The translations under genes were made by a program, and so were the position numbers. Below, one piece after another: positions 1 to 10,832 of a stretch of DNA of 64,000 bases. Every line of letters begins with the position of its first letter. Positions within the stretch are counted from its first letter, which is position 1. The notes beneath the pieces are model-generated. The model made no database searches, had not been told where the DNA came from, and saw nothing but the letters and a program-made list of their open reading frames with translations. This stretch comes from Colwellia sp. 39_35_sub15_T18 (GTDB taxonomy: Bacteria > Pseudomonadota > Gammaproteobacteria > Enterobacterales > Alteromonadaceae). Location: NCBI GenBank assembly GCA_002162675.1, contig MAAE01000015.1, positions 34,438 through 98,437 on the forward strand, in the 5' to 3' direction.

Positions 1-99
1 GCGTCAATTATGCCAACGTTAATTAGTGGTAACACTAACGCACCTACAATAATGATTGCCGCCAAAGTTGCCGATAAAATTTTATCTCAATACGCTTAA
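1..99 (+). CDS. 3' end of GMC oxidoreductase (choline dehydrogenase-like), partial
   Basis: Frame 1 reads [32 protein letters not shown]; (D)[16 protein letters not shown] is the GMC C-terminal signature. Confidence 0.85.
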   Translation, partial: ASIMPTLISGNTNAPTIMIAAKVADKILSQYA

Positions 100-273
100 G
101 TCTACGTTATTATTAATAAAGCAAACCTACAATTGAGCCAAGCTATATAATTTATACTTATATTGCTTGCGCTGCTCCAATGCTTTTCAGCATATCATTA
201 AAAGTACCCTTTGCTGGAAGATAAAACTAACTTACAGGGTCATATAAGAAACCCCCTTTCTGTTAGGTATTTA

Positions 274-774
274 ATGAAAATTTCAGCATTACGTAAAAAA
301 GTACAATTTATTATTATCATTAGCGTGATGACGACATTTAGCGCTATTTCAGCCGATTACCCAACAGCACCCGCTTGGCAATTAACCACTCAAGCAGGGG
401 GTAAAATTTCACTGAACGATTATCAGGGTAAACCTGTCATTCTGCATTTTTGGGCGACTTGGTGCCCGTACTGTAAAAAGCTTCAACCGAAATTAGTTGA
501 GCTTGAAAAGAAATATAAAGATTCAGGCATTGAAATTGTCGCAATTAGCTTTAATGAAGATGAAGGAGCAATGCCACAAGATGTAATAAAAGCTAGGGGT
601 TATGATTTTATTACCGCGGTTAACGGTGAGCCTGTAGTTAAATTATATGGCGTTAGAGGTACACCGACGACTTTTTTTATTAACCGTCAAGGCCAAGCTA
701 TTTATAAATCTACCAGCTCAGATATTAGTAATCCAAAATTAGAGTTAGCCGTGCAAGAGATCATTAAGCTTTGA
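274..774 (+). CDS. TlpA-family thiol:disulfide oxidoreductase
   Basis: FWATWCPYC CxxC motif and GTPT cis-Pro loop; ATG at 274 gives a signal-peptide-like N-terminus and is preferred over the TTG at 211. Confidence 0.88.
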   Translation: MKISALRKKVQFIIIISVMTTFSAISADYPTAPAWQLTTQAGGKISLNDYQGKPVILHFWATWCPYCKKLQPKLVELEKKYKDSGIEIVAISFNEDEGAMPQDVIKARGYDFITAVNGEPVVKLYGVRGTPTTFFINRQGQAIYKSTSSDISNPKLELAVQEIIKL

Positions 775-792
775 TTTCACTGATTTTAAAGC

Positions 793-819
793 AAAAAAAA
801 GGGAAGCACATTGCTTCCC
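793..819 (-). terminator. Intrinsic terminator of the acyl-CoA dehydrogenase gene
   Basis: GGGAAGCA-cat-TGCTTCCC hairpin (801-819); A8 at 793-800 gives a U-tract on the minus strand. Confidence 0.8.
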
Positions 820-903
820 TCTCACTACTTAAAAAATAACTTCAAAGCTACTTCAAAAATCACTTCAAAAGCTATTTCAAAGTTATATCACGGCGTTAGA
901 AGA

Positions 904-2700
904 CTAAAAAATAAAGTTTTCACTCTCAAGTTCCATCATTGATTCAGCGCCGTTTTCAACACAAGCCGCATGTCCACTGGCTCTTGGTAAAATACGTTGA
1001 AAATAGAAGCGTGCTGTTTTAATTTTAGCTTGATAAAACGCTTTATCCTCGTCACCAGCCGCTAATTTATCTTGAGCCACTTTCACCATTTTAGCCCAGA
1101 AATAAGCTAGCGTTAAATAACCTGAATACATTAAGTAGTCTACTGATGCTGCGCCAATCTCATCAGGATTTTGCATGGCTTTTAAACCTACAGCTTCAGT
1201 CATTTTCTGCCAATCACCACCAAAAGTCATGATAGGTTGAATGAACTCTTGCATAGCTTCATTACCGGCATTTTCAACACAAAATGCCGTTACTTCTGCA
1301 CCAAATGGTTTCAATATAGCGCCTTTAGAGCCTAAAATTTTACGTGCTAATAAATCAAGCGCTTGAATACCCGTGGTGCCTTCGTATAAACAACTAATTT
1401 TTGTATCGCGCATTAGCTGTTCCATGCCCCACTCTTTAATAAAGCCGTGGCCACCAAATACTTGTATACCATGGCTAGTACACTCTAAACCTAACTCGGT
1501 TAAAAACGCTTTAGCAATAGGCGTTAATAAAGCCATTTTGGTTTCTGCTTCCGCTTTTTCAGCTTCGTCTTTACTCGCATGAGCAATATCAACTAACTGA
1601 GCTAAATAGCCAATTAATGCACGACCACCTTCAGCAATAGATTTTTGTGTTAACAACATACGACGTACATCAGGATGTACGATAATAGCATCAGCAGGTC
1701 CATCTGGGTTTTTAACACCTGATAATGAGCGCATTTGTAATCTGTCTTGCGCGTAAGCTAATGCACCTTGAAAAGAAGCATCGGCTGCGGCAACACCTTC
1801 TGAAGCCACACCTAATCGAGCAGCATTCATAAAGGTAAACATGCAGTTTAAACCACGATTTACTTCACCAATTAAATAACCTTTAGCGCCATCAAAGTTA
1901 ATAACACACGTTGCATTAGCATTGATACCCATTTTATGTTCGATTGAGCCACAAGACACAGCGTTTCTATCAGCAACGTCACCCGCTTCAGTAACATTAA
2001 ATTTAGGCACAATAAATAATGAAATACCACGACTTCCTTCAGGAGAGCCTGGGATTCTCGCAATAACAATATGGACAATATTGTCAGATAAATCGTGTTC
2101 ACCGGCAGAAATAAAGATTTTCGTACCGCTAATAGCATAACTGCCATCATCATTTAGTTCAGCTTTAGTACGTAACATACCTAAATCTGTACCACAATGA
2201 GGTTCAGTTAAACACATGGTACCTGTCCATGTTCCTTCAACTAATTTAGGCATAAAGGTATTTTTTTGCACATCGCTACCATGCGCTTCAATTGTCGCTA
2301 AGGCACCGTGACTTAAGCCAGGGTACATAGCAAAGCTATGGTTGGCACCCGAAAAGAATTCATTCATTGCAGTGTTTAAAGAATGCGGTAAACCTTGGCC
2401 ACCAAACTCAACACTTTGTGCCAACGTTGGCCAACCACCTTCCACATATTGTTGATAAGCATCTTTAAAGCCATCAGGCGTTGTTACTTCACCGTCCGTC
2501 CAAGTACACCCTTGCTCATCACCGCTTTGGTTTATTGGGGCAATCACTTGCTCAGTAAATTTTGCTGCTTCACTGATAATAGCATCAACCATATCAAGGC
2601 TAGCATCTTCATAGCCTAGTTTTTGGTAATGGCTCTCGCAATCTAGCAACTCTTGCATTACAAATTTCATATCTCGAACTGGCGCTTTATACTCTGGCAT
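904..2700 (-). CDS. Acyl-CoA dehydrogenase (long form with C-terminal extension)
   Basis: MCLTEPHCGTD, GTKIFIS, QVFGGHGF and YEGTTGIQ motifs. Confidence 0.93.
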   Translation of the reverse strand: MPEYKAPVRDMKFVMQELLDCESHYQKLGYEDASLDMVDAIISEAAKFTEQVIAPINQSGDEQGCTWTDGEVTTPDGFKDAYQQYVEGGWPTLAQSVEFGGQGLPHSLNTAMNEFFSGANHSFAMYPGLSHGALATIEAHGSDVQKNTFMPKLVEGTWTGTMCLTEPHCGTDLGMLRTKAELNDDGSYAISGTKIFISAGEHDLSDNIVHIVIARIPGSPEGSRGISLFIVPKFNVTEAGDVADRNAVSCGSIEHKMGINANATCVINFDGAKGYLIGEVNRGLNCMFTFMNAARLGVASEGVAAADASFQGALAYAQDRLQMRSLSGVKNPDGPADAIIVHPDVRRMLLTQKSIAEGGRALIGYLAQLVDIAHASKDEAEKAEAETKMALLTPIAKAFLTELGLECTSHGIQVFGGHGFIKEWGMEQLMRDTKISCLYEGTTGIQALDLLARKILGSKGAILKPFGAEVTAFCVENAGNEAMQEFIQPIMTFGGDWQKMTEAVGLKAMQNPDEIGAASVDYLMYSGYLTLAYFWAKMVKVAQDKLAAGDEDKAFYQAKIKTARFYFQRILPRASGHAACVENGAESMMELESENFIF

Positions 2701-2757
2701 AGGGTTTCTCCAATATTTATTTCAGCGGCTTCACTATAATAACGAGCCTACTGGTCA

Positions 2758-2786
2758 GTGGTCAGACTTTCAAACAGGTGTTTGAT
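2758..2786. promoter_or_regulatory. PsrA-like operator with an adjacent weak FadR-like half site
   Basis: TTCAAAC-AGGT-GTTTGAT palindrome at 2769-2786 matches the PsrA CAAAC-N4-GTTTG pattern; TGGTCAGAC lies just upstream; both are 5' of a beta-oxidation gene. Confidence 0.6.
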
Positions 2787-2865
2787 TTAATCATGTTCTT
2801 GGCTTTTTATCAAAGAAAAGTTTAATAGATAAATACAATTATGCGATTTTACTTGCCAATAAAAG

Positions 2866-2894
2866 CAAAAAACCATTCGCAATGGAATGGTTTT
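2866..2894 (-). terminator. Intrinsic terminator downstream of the DUF3010-like gene
   Basis: AAACCATTC...GAATGGTTT hairpin with an A-run on its left side. Confidence 0.65.
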
Positions 2895-2922
2895 AAAGTA
2901 AAAAATAGTTTAGATAAAAAAC

Positions 2923-3375
2923 CTACATAGTTTCTAAATAAGCAAATACCGTGCTAAAAGCTTGTTCTTGATATTGTTTCAAGCCTGTATCACGAAAATC
3001 TATATCAATTTGACTCTTTGATAACTCTTTTTTAATAAAACTACCGGCAAGAATTTCAACGTGAAGATCTTGTATCAGCTGAATAGCCGCTTCAACCTTA
3101 AAACCAATTGGACCACCAGCAAATTTACCTTTTAAGGCACGGCCTTTAATAAGCACATGAGTTACTTGATAATCTTCCATTAATTTAGCAAAAGTGAATT
3201 GAAAATTTTGTACTTGCTCTGCATCACCTGCATTATCTAAACTAATTTTTTGAACTCGAGTATGAGGAATGTCATACAAATTATTCTCTTTCGACATAAT
3301 ACAAATAATTGCATCATTGCCCTTTATTTCAACGCCACATGCTTTCATGGAAAATCTCTTTAATATCATATTCAA
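2923..3375 (-). CDS. DUF3010-family protein
   Basis: MKACGVEIKGNDAIIC...GKFAGGPIGFKVEAAIQL pattern recognised from recall. Confidence 0.7.
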   Translation of the reverse strand: MNMILKRFSMKACGVEIKGNDAIICIMSKENNLYDIPHTRVQKISLDNAGDAEQVQNFQFTFAKLMEDYQVTHVLIKGRALKGKFAGGPIGFKVEAAIQLIQDLHVEILAGSFIKKELSKSQIDIDFRDTGLKQYQEQAFSTVFAYLETM

Positions 3376-3709
3376 TAGTTAATTATACCCAATTGTATAA
3401 AACAAAGTAGTCACAAAAACAAATTATTCACAAACATAATTGAACAGCCACTTTTATCTAACACGACCAAGGCACTAAGATTCAAAATATTTTTGTTTCA
3501 TAATCATCCAGCAAATACCACACTAATAAGTGTAAAGTGTCGCTATCAATACATTAAAGCATGCGAAGGTATGCGCATTTTAAAGATTTTGACTAAAAGT
3601 AATAACAACATAGCGGTAAGTTTTAGTTGCAGTTAAAATAAAAAATTGCTTATATAACGTTCACATTAGTATGTTCATTCTAAAATACATTTAATCATGG
3701 AGTTGATAA

Positions 3710-4762
3710 ATGAAAAGCGGTCAAGAGATAAAAATATTAATAGTTGATGACGTTGCAGAAAATATTCAAGTCGCTATGAACATATTAAAGGAAGAAAGCT
3801 ATACATTCTCTTTTGCTAATGATGGTGAAGAAGCATTATCATTAATTAATCATCATAGTTTTGATCTTATCTTACTTGATATTATGATGCCAAAACTTAA
3901 CGGTTATGATGTTTGCAAACAACTAAAATCAAACCCCACATCCCGTGATATTCCGGTAATTTTTCTTACCGCTAAAAACGATGTTGATGCCATTGCAAAA
4001 GGGTTTGATGTCGGAGGTATTGATTATATTGTCAAGCCCTTTCACGCTGGTGAATTACTTGCTCGAACTAAAACACACTTAGAGCTTTATCATGCTAAAC
4101 GGTTACTGGCTCAAAAAAATATAGAATTAGCTTTGAAAGTAGAACATCAAGGAGAGCGTCTGCTAAAAGAAGTTGAAGAAAATCAACGGGAAATGATATA
4201 TGTACTCATGGAGGTTATGGAATCAACCTCAGATGAAACGGGCAAACATATTAAACGTGTTGCTGAAAGTTCTCGATTACTCGCTCATTATACCGATTAT
4301 TTATCTGAGGAGGATGAAGCTGTTATTTTTCATGCCGCTCCCATGCACGACATTGGCAAAATAGCGATACCTAAAGAAATATTGCATAAACCAGGAAAAT
4401 TAACACCTGAAGAATTTAGCATCATGCAAACACATGCACAAAAAGGTAAAGACTTTCTAAAAAACTCCAAACGTAAATTATTAACCGCAGCCGCTATTAT
4501 CGCGCATGAACACCATGAAAAATGGGATGGCACCGGCTACCCTAGAGGCCTAAAAGGCGATGAAATTCATATTTTTGGCCGAATTGTCGCCCTTGCTGAT
4601 GTATTTGATGCCTTAACGCATAAGCGACAATACAAACAAGCTTGGCAAGTTGATGAAGCGGTAAATTACATAAAATCACTGAGTGGTATTCAGTTTGATC
4701 CTCAACTGGTCGATATTTTTATTGAACATTTATCAGAGTTTGTTGCTATTTTAGAAGAATAA
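3710..4762 (+). CDS. Response regulator with HD-GYP c-di-GMP phosphodiesterase domain (RpfG-like)
   Basis: REC domain (DLILLDIMMP), HDIGK, HHEKWDGTGYPRGL. Confidence 0.92.
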   Translation: MKSGQEIKILIVDDVAENIQVAMNILKEESYTFSFANDGEEALSLINHHSFDLILLDIMMPKLNGYDVCKQLKSNPTSRDIPVIFLTAKNDVDAIAKGFDVGGIDYIVKPFHAGELLARTKTHLELYHAKRLLAQKNIELALKVEHQGERLLKEVEENQREMIYVLMEVMESTSDETGKHIKRVAESSRLLAHYTDYLSEEDEAVIFHAAPMHDIGKIAIPKEILHKPGKLTPEEFSIMQTHAQKGKDFLKNSKRKLLTAAAIIAHEHHEKWDGTGYPRGLKGDEIHIFGRIVALADVFDALTHKRQYKQAWQVDEAVNYIKSLSGIQFDPQLVDIFIEHLSEFVAILEE

Positions 4763-4764
4763 AA

Positions 4765-7700
4765 ATGAAAGCATTCCTTTATCAGACCACTATCTGGCTA
4801 CTCTTTTTTTTACTTTTTCAAATCAATAGCGCTGTTTCTCAAACCGCTAAACAAAAATCCATATCACTCACCCCCACCGAACAACGTTGGCTTGATAATC
4901 ACCCTATTATAAAAGTTGCTGGAGGAAGTGAATGGGCTCCTATAGACTTTGTAGGTAAAGATGGCAAGCACCAAGGTTTTTCTCATGATTACTTAGCAAT
5001 GATCGGCAAAAAAACGGGATTAATATTTACTTATGAAACAGCACCATGGACCAAAGCCTACCATAGCGTTTTAACTAAAAAAAACATTTTACTTCCTGCC
5101 CTTTATCAATCACCAGAACGAGATGCTTTTTTACTCTTTAGTCACCAATACCACCGCTCTCTTGACTATTTCTTTACCCGGAATGATGTTTTTTTTGATG
5201 CCCTAACCCCTTTAAAAAACAAAAAACTCGCCTTAGTTAAAGACTACGTCATTGAGCCCATAATCAGAAAAACTTATCCTGATTTACAGATTATACCGAC
5301 AGAGTCATTAGAGAGTGCCATAACAATGGTACTTGAAAACAAGGCAGATCTCATTTATGACTCATACGCCACAATTCAATATGCTTTGAAAAAAAGAGCC
5401 ATCACTAATTTTATTCCTTATAAAATTATTGAACATGCCAAAACATACCCACTTAAAATGGCGACAACAAAAGAAAACCCTGAGCTAATATCAATAATAA
5501 ACAAAGGCATGGCCGCCATTAGCATTAACGATAAAGAAAAACTATTGAAGAAATGGGGGATTTCATCGGCGCTAATATCACCACAAAAAACCTTAACATC
5601 AGCGTTAAGTTTAACCTCAGAACAGCGCGCTTGGATAAACTCACATCCCGTAATTAACGTTGCTGCAGATACGTCATGGTTTCCTTTTGATTTTGTTGAT
5701 AACCAAGGAAATCATGATGGTTTATCACAAGATATATTGGAATATATTGCCAAAAAAACCGGCTTACACTTTGAACTAATCCCAAGCGTTTGGCGTAACT
5801 CTTTATATAAAGTGACCACTAACCAGCTTGATCTATTGCCTGCAATTCATAAAACACCTGCCAGAGAGCGAGAATTAGTTTTCTCGCAAGCCTATTATCA
5901 TCCTGCCATTTATTTTTTCACTCGCGCTACCTCGCAATTATTGCCGAGCAGTGATATATCTGAAAGTAAAATCGCTTTAGTAAGAGAATATGCAAGCTCA
6001 CAAGCTATTACTCAAAAATATCCGTTGATGAAAGTTATTTATACCGACACTATTGCGCAAGCGACTCAATTATTAATGCAGCAAAAAGTTGATTTAATTG
6101 CTGGCGCTCAGTCAGTTATTAACTATGCCATGATCAATAATAATGTCACTAACATCAGCAAGCTAAAACCTACGGTTAACGCTTCAGTAAAAGGCTTACA
6201 CCTTGCCGTTCGTAAAGACTACCAAGCTCTTATCCCCATCATTAATCTCGCGTTAGATTCCATGAGTGAGTTTACTAAGGAGCAATTACATCGAAAATGG
6301 TCGGGTGAAACCACAGCCGATAATCGACAAAAGTTAGCACTTACGGCTAGCGAAGCAGCGTGGCTGTCAAAGCATAAGCAATTTAACATTGTGGTAGATC
6401 CTAATTGGGCTCCTTATGAATCGATTGACAGTAATGGTCAGCATATTGGTATTGTGCCTGAAATTATGAACATCATAAGCAGGCAATTAAATATTGATTT
6501 TAAAATAATAAAAACAAAAAATTGGCAGGAAAGCACCCAAAAATTCAATAATAAAACTGCCGATATTATCTCAGCATCAATTGAATATGCTCATTTAAAT
6601 AACAAAATATTTACCCAAGAATACCTTTCTAGCCCTTTTGTCATCGCGATGCGTGATAATAATCAATACATTGAGAATGTATCACGCATTATCGGTAAAA
6701 AAATCACCCTTGTTGAAGGTTACGCCAGTACTGAGCAACTAATAAAACAATATCCACAACAAAAATTTGAAATAGTTGCCACCATATCACAGGGTTTAGA
6801 AGACCTATACACAGGAAGAACCGATGTCCTTATCGGTATTTTAAAACAGATTAACTATCACATTATTGAAAATGGTTATGATAATTTACGCGTAGTTGGT
6901 AAAACCGTTCATAAAATTAAATTAGGCTTTGCGGTTCAACCCGAACTAGCGCCTTTAGCCACTATATTGAATAAAGCCATTCGACATATCCCGACAAAAC
7001 AAAAACAAGAAATTTTAAACCGCTGGGGTAAAAGCAACTTTTTAGTTAAAACTGATTATCAAATTGTGGCTATTATTAGTATTAGTGCTTTATTAATATT
7101 TTTAATTTTTATTTATTGGAATCAAAAACTTCAAAAAGCTGTTGAGTTACGTTCAGAAAGCGAACAAAACCTGATGGTTGTTATTGCTAACACGCCTATT
7201 ATCATTTTTGTCAGCGAAAAATCTTCATCAAAACTACTGATGGCTAACCCTACCGCAATACAAACTTTAGCCATCAATAAGCAAAGCATTGCTGAGATTA
7301 ACGCCACTGATTTTTATTTATGGCAACAAGACAAGCAAATTATTGGTAACGTAATCGCTAAATTTAAGGCAACTGATCAGCTATCAAACGAGCAAATAAA
7401 ATTACAAAGCCTCAATGGTGAAGTCATTGAAGGGCTACTGTCAGTATCTGCCATTAAATTTCACCGAAAACAAGCTTACCTAAACATTGTCGTCAATTTA
7501 AATAATCGTATAGAAATGGAACAGCAACTCAAAGCCGCAAAAGAGTTTGCTGAACAGGCAAATAGCGCAAAATCTGAATTTTTAGCCAATATGAGTCATG
7601 AAATTAGAACACCAATGAATGCCATCATTGGTTTTACTGAGCTACTTTATGAGCAAATACAAGACGATAAACTCAAAACATTTGTTGCCACCATTAAATC

Positions 7701-9000
7701 AGCGGGTAGCTCATTATTATTGCTCATTAATGACATTTTAGATTTATCTAAAATTGAATCAGGAAATATCAGTATTAACAAAAAAATCATTGATATTCAT
7801 AGTTTATTTGAAGAAATTGGCAATGTTTTCATGATAAGTATACGCAATAAAAACTTAACCTTAATTTTAGATATTGACCCACAAATCCCCAGCGCTTTAA
7901 ATTTAGACGCCGCACGCATTCGACAAGTACTATTCAACTTAGTGGGTAATGCCGTAAAATTTACCGACCAAGGCGTTATTAGGCTGAAAGCGGTTGCTGA
8001 AAATGAAAATACAATTCATAGCTCAGTTGACTTACGTATTGATATTATTGATAGCGGCATCGGCATTCCTGAAAGTGAAATAGAGAATATATTTGAAAAC
8101 TTTCAACAACAAGAAGGGCAAAGTATTCGCAAATATGGCGGGACGGGTTTGGGATTAACAATAAGTAAACGCTTAACTGAACTCATGAATGGCACCTTAA
8201 CCGCGACCAGTAAAGTTAAACAAGGCTCATGTTTCTCTCTGGTTTTAAAGTCTATTGAAGTCGCGAGTATTGCTGCTGAACACACAAAAACGCCTATTTC
8301 CCCATTACATTCAAAAGTGACTTTCCCAAATTGCCGAATTTTAATTGTTGATGACATTAAAAATAATCGTGATTTATTACAAGAGATTTTCATTAATTTG
8401 GATATAACATGTAAGTCGGCAGTTAACGGTGAAGAGGCTGTGAATTACGCCTTAAACGAAAGTTTTGATCTAATTCTAATGGATATCCGCATGCCTAAAA
8501 TGGACGGATATCAAGCCGCAAAACTGATCAAACAAGCATGCCCTAAACTACCTATCGTGGCATTGACCGCTTCAGTCATGAGAGATGATTATGAGCTGCA
8601 ACGCAAAGACAACTTTAATGGTTATTTAAGAAAACCAGTATTAAAAAAGGAATTGCTCAACGAGCTACAGCAGCACCTGCCTTTTAAAATAACTAAAGAA
8701 GAGCTTATCCCCAACGAAAATACTAAAAATAATGACAATAAACTTTTCAGTATTGCTGAAGTGGCAAAGCACTTAAAAGCTGAATACTTACCCCTTTGCC
8801 AAAAACTACAACAGAGTAACAATCTTACTGATATTACTTTATTCGCAACTCAGTTAGCTAAGCTATCAAATGAATATAATGATGATAATTTGCAGCGTTT
8901 TGCCAACACATTAAGCAAAGCGACCGAGTCATTTGACATCAAAGTGATCAAGCAATCATTGATTCATTTCATTGAAGCCGTTGAAAAAATAAATTCATGA
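4765..9000 (+). CDS. Hybrid sensor histidine kinase, BvgS/EvgS-like, with three periplasmic binding domains, TM, PAS-like, HisKA, HATPase and REC
   Basis: Three repeats of the W.P(I/F/Y)(D/E).....G.H.G pattern; FLANMSHEIRTPMN; NLVGNAVKFT; GGTGLGL; DLILMDIRMP. Confidence 0.9.
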   Translation: MKAFLYQTTIWLLFFLLFQINSAVSQTAKQKSISLTPTEQRWLDNHPIIKVAGGSEWAPIDFVGKDGKHQGFSHDYLAMIGKKTGLIFTYETAPWTKAYHSVLTKKNILLPALYQSPERDAFLLFSHQYHRSLDYFFTRNDVFFDALTPLKNKKLALVKDYVIEPIIRKTYPDLQIIPTESLESAITMVLENKADLIYDSYATIQYALKKRAITNFIPYKIIEHAKTYPLKMATTKENPELISIINKGMAAISINDKEKLLKKWGISSALISPQKTLTSALSLTSEQRAWINSHPVINVAADTSWFPFDFVDNQGNHDGLSQDILEYIAKKTGLHFELIPSVWRNSLYKVTTNQLDLLPAIHKTPARERELVFSQAYYHPAIYFFTRATSQLLPSSDISESKIALVREYASSQAITQKYPLMKVIYTDTIAQATQLLMQQKVDLIAGAQSVINYAMINNNVTNISKLKPTVNASVKGLHLAVRKDYQALIPIINLALDSMSEFTKEQLHRKWSGETTADNRQKLALTASEAAWLSKHKQFNIVVDPNWAPYESIDSNGQHIGIVPEIMNIISRQLNIDFKIIKTKNWQESTQKFNNKTADIISASIEYAHLNNKIFTQEYLSSPFVIAMRDNNQYIENVSRIIGKKITLVEGYASTEQLIKQYPQQKFEIVATISQGLEDLYTGRTDVLIGILKQINYHIIENGYDNLRVVGKTVHKIKLGFAVQPELAPLATILNKAIRHIPTKQKQEILNRWGKSNFLVKTDYQIVAIISISALLIFLIFIYWNQKLQKAVELRSESEQNLMVVIANTPIIIFVSEKSSSKLLMANPTAIQTLAINKQSIAEINATDFYLWQQDKQIIGNVIAKFKATDQLSNEQIKLQSLNGEVIEGLLSVSAIKFHRKQAYLNIVVNLNNRIEMEQQLKAAKEFAEQANSAKSEFLANMSHEIRTPMNAIIGFTELLYEQIQDDKLKTFVATIKSAGSSLLLLINDILDLSKIESGNISINKKIIDIHSLFEEIGNVFMISIRNKNLTLILDIDPQIPSALNLDAARIRQVLFNLVGNAVKFTDQGVIRLKAVAENENTIHSSVDLRIDIIDSGIGIPESEIENIFENFQQQEGQSIRKYGGTGLGLTISKRLTELMNGTLTATSKVKQGSCFSLVLKSIEVASIAAEHTKTPISPLHSKVTFPNCRILIVDDIKNNRDLLQEIFINLDITCKSAVNGEEAVNYALNESFDLILMDIRMPKMDGYQAAKLIKQACPKLPIVALTASVMRDDYELQRKDNFNGYLRKPVLKKELLNELQQHLPFKITKEELIPNENTKNNDNKLFSIAEVAKHLKAEYLPLCQKLQQSNNLTDITLFATQLAKLSNEYNDDNLQRFANTLSKATESFDIKVIKQSLIHFIEAVEKINS

Positions 9001-9118
9001 TCCTTTGTGTAGGCGATATAAGCATAAAGCGATATTAAGCAACTAATGAAAGCAAAATCATTATCGATAATTTATGTTATTATTGACAGTAAAAAACGAG
9101 CCAAAAAAACCAAAAAAC

Positions 9119-9853
9119 ATGAAAACAAATAAAAAAACATGCCTTGTCACAGGCGGTAGTTCAGGCATAGGTTTAAGCATAGTAAAACTGTTTTTAGACA
9201 ATAATTATCACGTGTTTAATGTCGATATATCGCCTTCATCCTTCGGTGAATTTTGCCGATGCGATATTAGCAATGTAGAGCAAGTTACTGATGTTATTAA
9301 TGGCATCAGCCAAAAGCACATTATTGATGTTTTAGTATCCAACGCTGGCATTCATTTTTCTGCCAATATAGAAAACACCAGTGAAGCCGACTTAGACAAG
9401 GTCTTTAATATCAATGTTAAAGGCGCTTATGCGGCGATAAAAGCGGTATTGCCCAACATGAAAGCTAATAATAATGGCGCTATTATTGTCATGTCTTCCG
9501 ATCAAGCCCTAGTTGCTAAACACAACTCCTTTGCTTATAACTTAAGTAAAGCCGCTTTAGCCTCCATGGCAAAAACCACCGCTGTAGATTATGCTGCTTT
9601 TAATATTCGCGCTAATGCCGTTTGCCCTGGCACTATCGAAACTCCGCTTTATCATCAAGCCATTGATAATTACTGTCAAAAATCAGGTGCTAACCAAGCA
9701 GAAGTTCATCAAGAAGAAGCGAGCTTACAACCACTGAATCGTTTAGGTCAGCCAGAAGAAGTTGCTGAACTAGTGCTATTTTTAGCCTCTGATAAAGCTA
9801 AATTTATCACCGGCAGTTTACAGGTTATTGATGGTGGTTACACTGCGCAATAG
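9119..9853 (+). CDS. SDR-family oxidoreductase
   Basis: TGGSSGIG, SNAG, YNLSK, VIDGGY; ATG at 9119 preferred over 9074. Confidence 0.9.
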   Translation: MKTNKKTCLVTGGSSGIGLSIVKLFLDNNYHVFNVDISPSSFGEFCRCDISNVEQVTDVINGISQKHIIDVLVSNAGIHFSANIENTSEADLDKVFNINVKGAYAAIKAVLPNMKANNNGAIIVMSSDQALVAKHNSFAYNLSKAALASMAKTTAVDYAAFNIRANAVCPGTIETPLYHQAIDNYCQKSGANQAEVHQEEASLQPLNRLGQPEEVAELVLFLASDKAKFITGSLQVIDGGYTAQ

Positions 9854-9922
9854 TACAGTCCAATAATACTGCGCAATAAAGTAGCGAGTAGCATTACAAG
9901 TGGCAAATACCGAGTAGCGAGT

Positions 9923-10801
9923 ATGAAAATTATCGACCCACACCTGCACTTATTCAATATAGAGCAAGGTGATTATTATTGGTTAAAAGCTGAAAACGCT
10001 CCTTTTTGGCCTGACAAGCAGCTGATCAACCAAACCTTTCAAGAAAGCAATTTAACAGTTTCTAAACCGTTAGAATTAGCTGGCTTTGTTCATATTGAAG
10101 CAGGGTTTGATAATCACCAGCCTTGGCGCGAACTTGCTGCGTTAGAGCAATCATGCAATAAACCTTTTCGAGCCATCGCGACTATTGATTTAACAACGTC
10201 AAGCCAAAATTTTAACGCTGTCATAGAAGAATTAGCCAAGCTTCCCTCATTCGTTGGTGTTCGCCACCTATTAGATGAACAAGCATTGCCTTTGTTAACC
10301 AATCAACAAGTGCTTGATAATATAACAACACTCAATGAAAACGGTTTGATATTTGAAGTGCAACTTGCCTTGATTGAACATATTACAGTCAATAGTTTAT
10401 GTGATGTTATTGCTGATAATCCTGAGATAAGTTTCATTATAAATCACGCGGGCTTCCCCCCCGCTGATAGACACACTATTGAATGGCAGCGCTGGCAAAG
10501 CAATTTAGAAAAATTATCTCTTTTCCCCCATGTGGCGATTAAATGCTCGGGTTGGGAAATGACTGACAGAAACTACCAATCAGCTTGGCTTAATGAAAAC
10601 CTAACCTTGATCTTCGATATTTTTGGCGCAAAAAAAATGATGTTAGCCAGTAACTTTCCCTTATGTTTATTTAGCCACAACAGCTATCAAGATTATTGGC
10701 AAGCCATTATCAATAGTGATTTTTTCCAAACATTAAGCAAGCAAGAAAAAAGCGCCCTGTGTTATGACAATGCGCTTCGTTGGTATGGCGTTAATCTATA
10801 A
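9923..10801 (+). CDS. Amidohydrolase-2 family protein (sugar-lactonase-like)
   Basis: IIDPHLHL, VGVRH, INHAG, LASNFP motifs. Confidence 0.8.
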   Translation: MKIIDPHLHLFNIEQGDYYWLKAENAPFWPDKQLINQTFQESNLTVSKPLELAGFVHIEAGFDNHQPWRELAALEQSCNKPFRAIATIDLTTSSQNFNAVIEELAKLPSFVGVRHLLDEQALPLLTNQQVLDNITTLNENGLIFEVQLALIEHITVNSLCDVIADNPEISFIINHAGFPPADRHTIEWQRWQSNLEKLSLFPHVAIKCSGWEMTDRNYQSAWLNENLTLIFDIFGAKKMMLASNFPLCLFSHNSYQDYWQAIINSDFFQTLSKQEKSALCYDNALRWYGVNL

Positions 10802-10832
10802 CCATTAACAACCTATAGTCATGGCTATATAG

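Noticed and set aside
2862-2895. c-di-GMP-I riboswitch resemblance (AAACCATTCG)
   Set aside because: No second stem or GCAAA motif; better explained as a terminator for the DUF3010-like gene.
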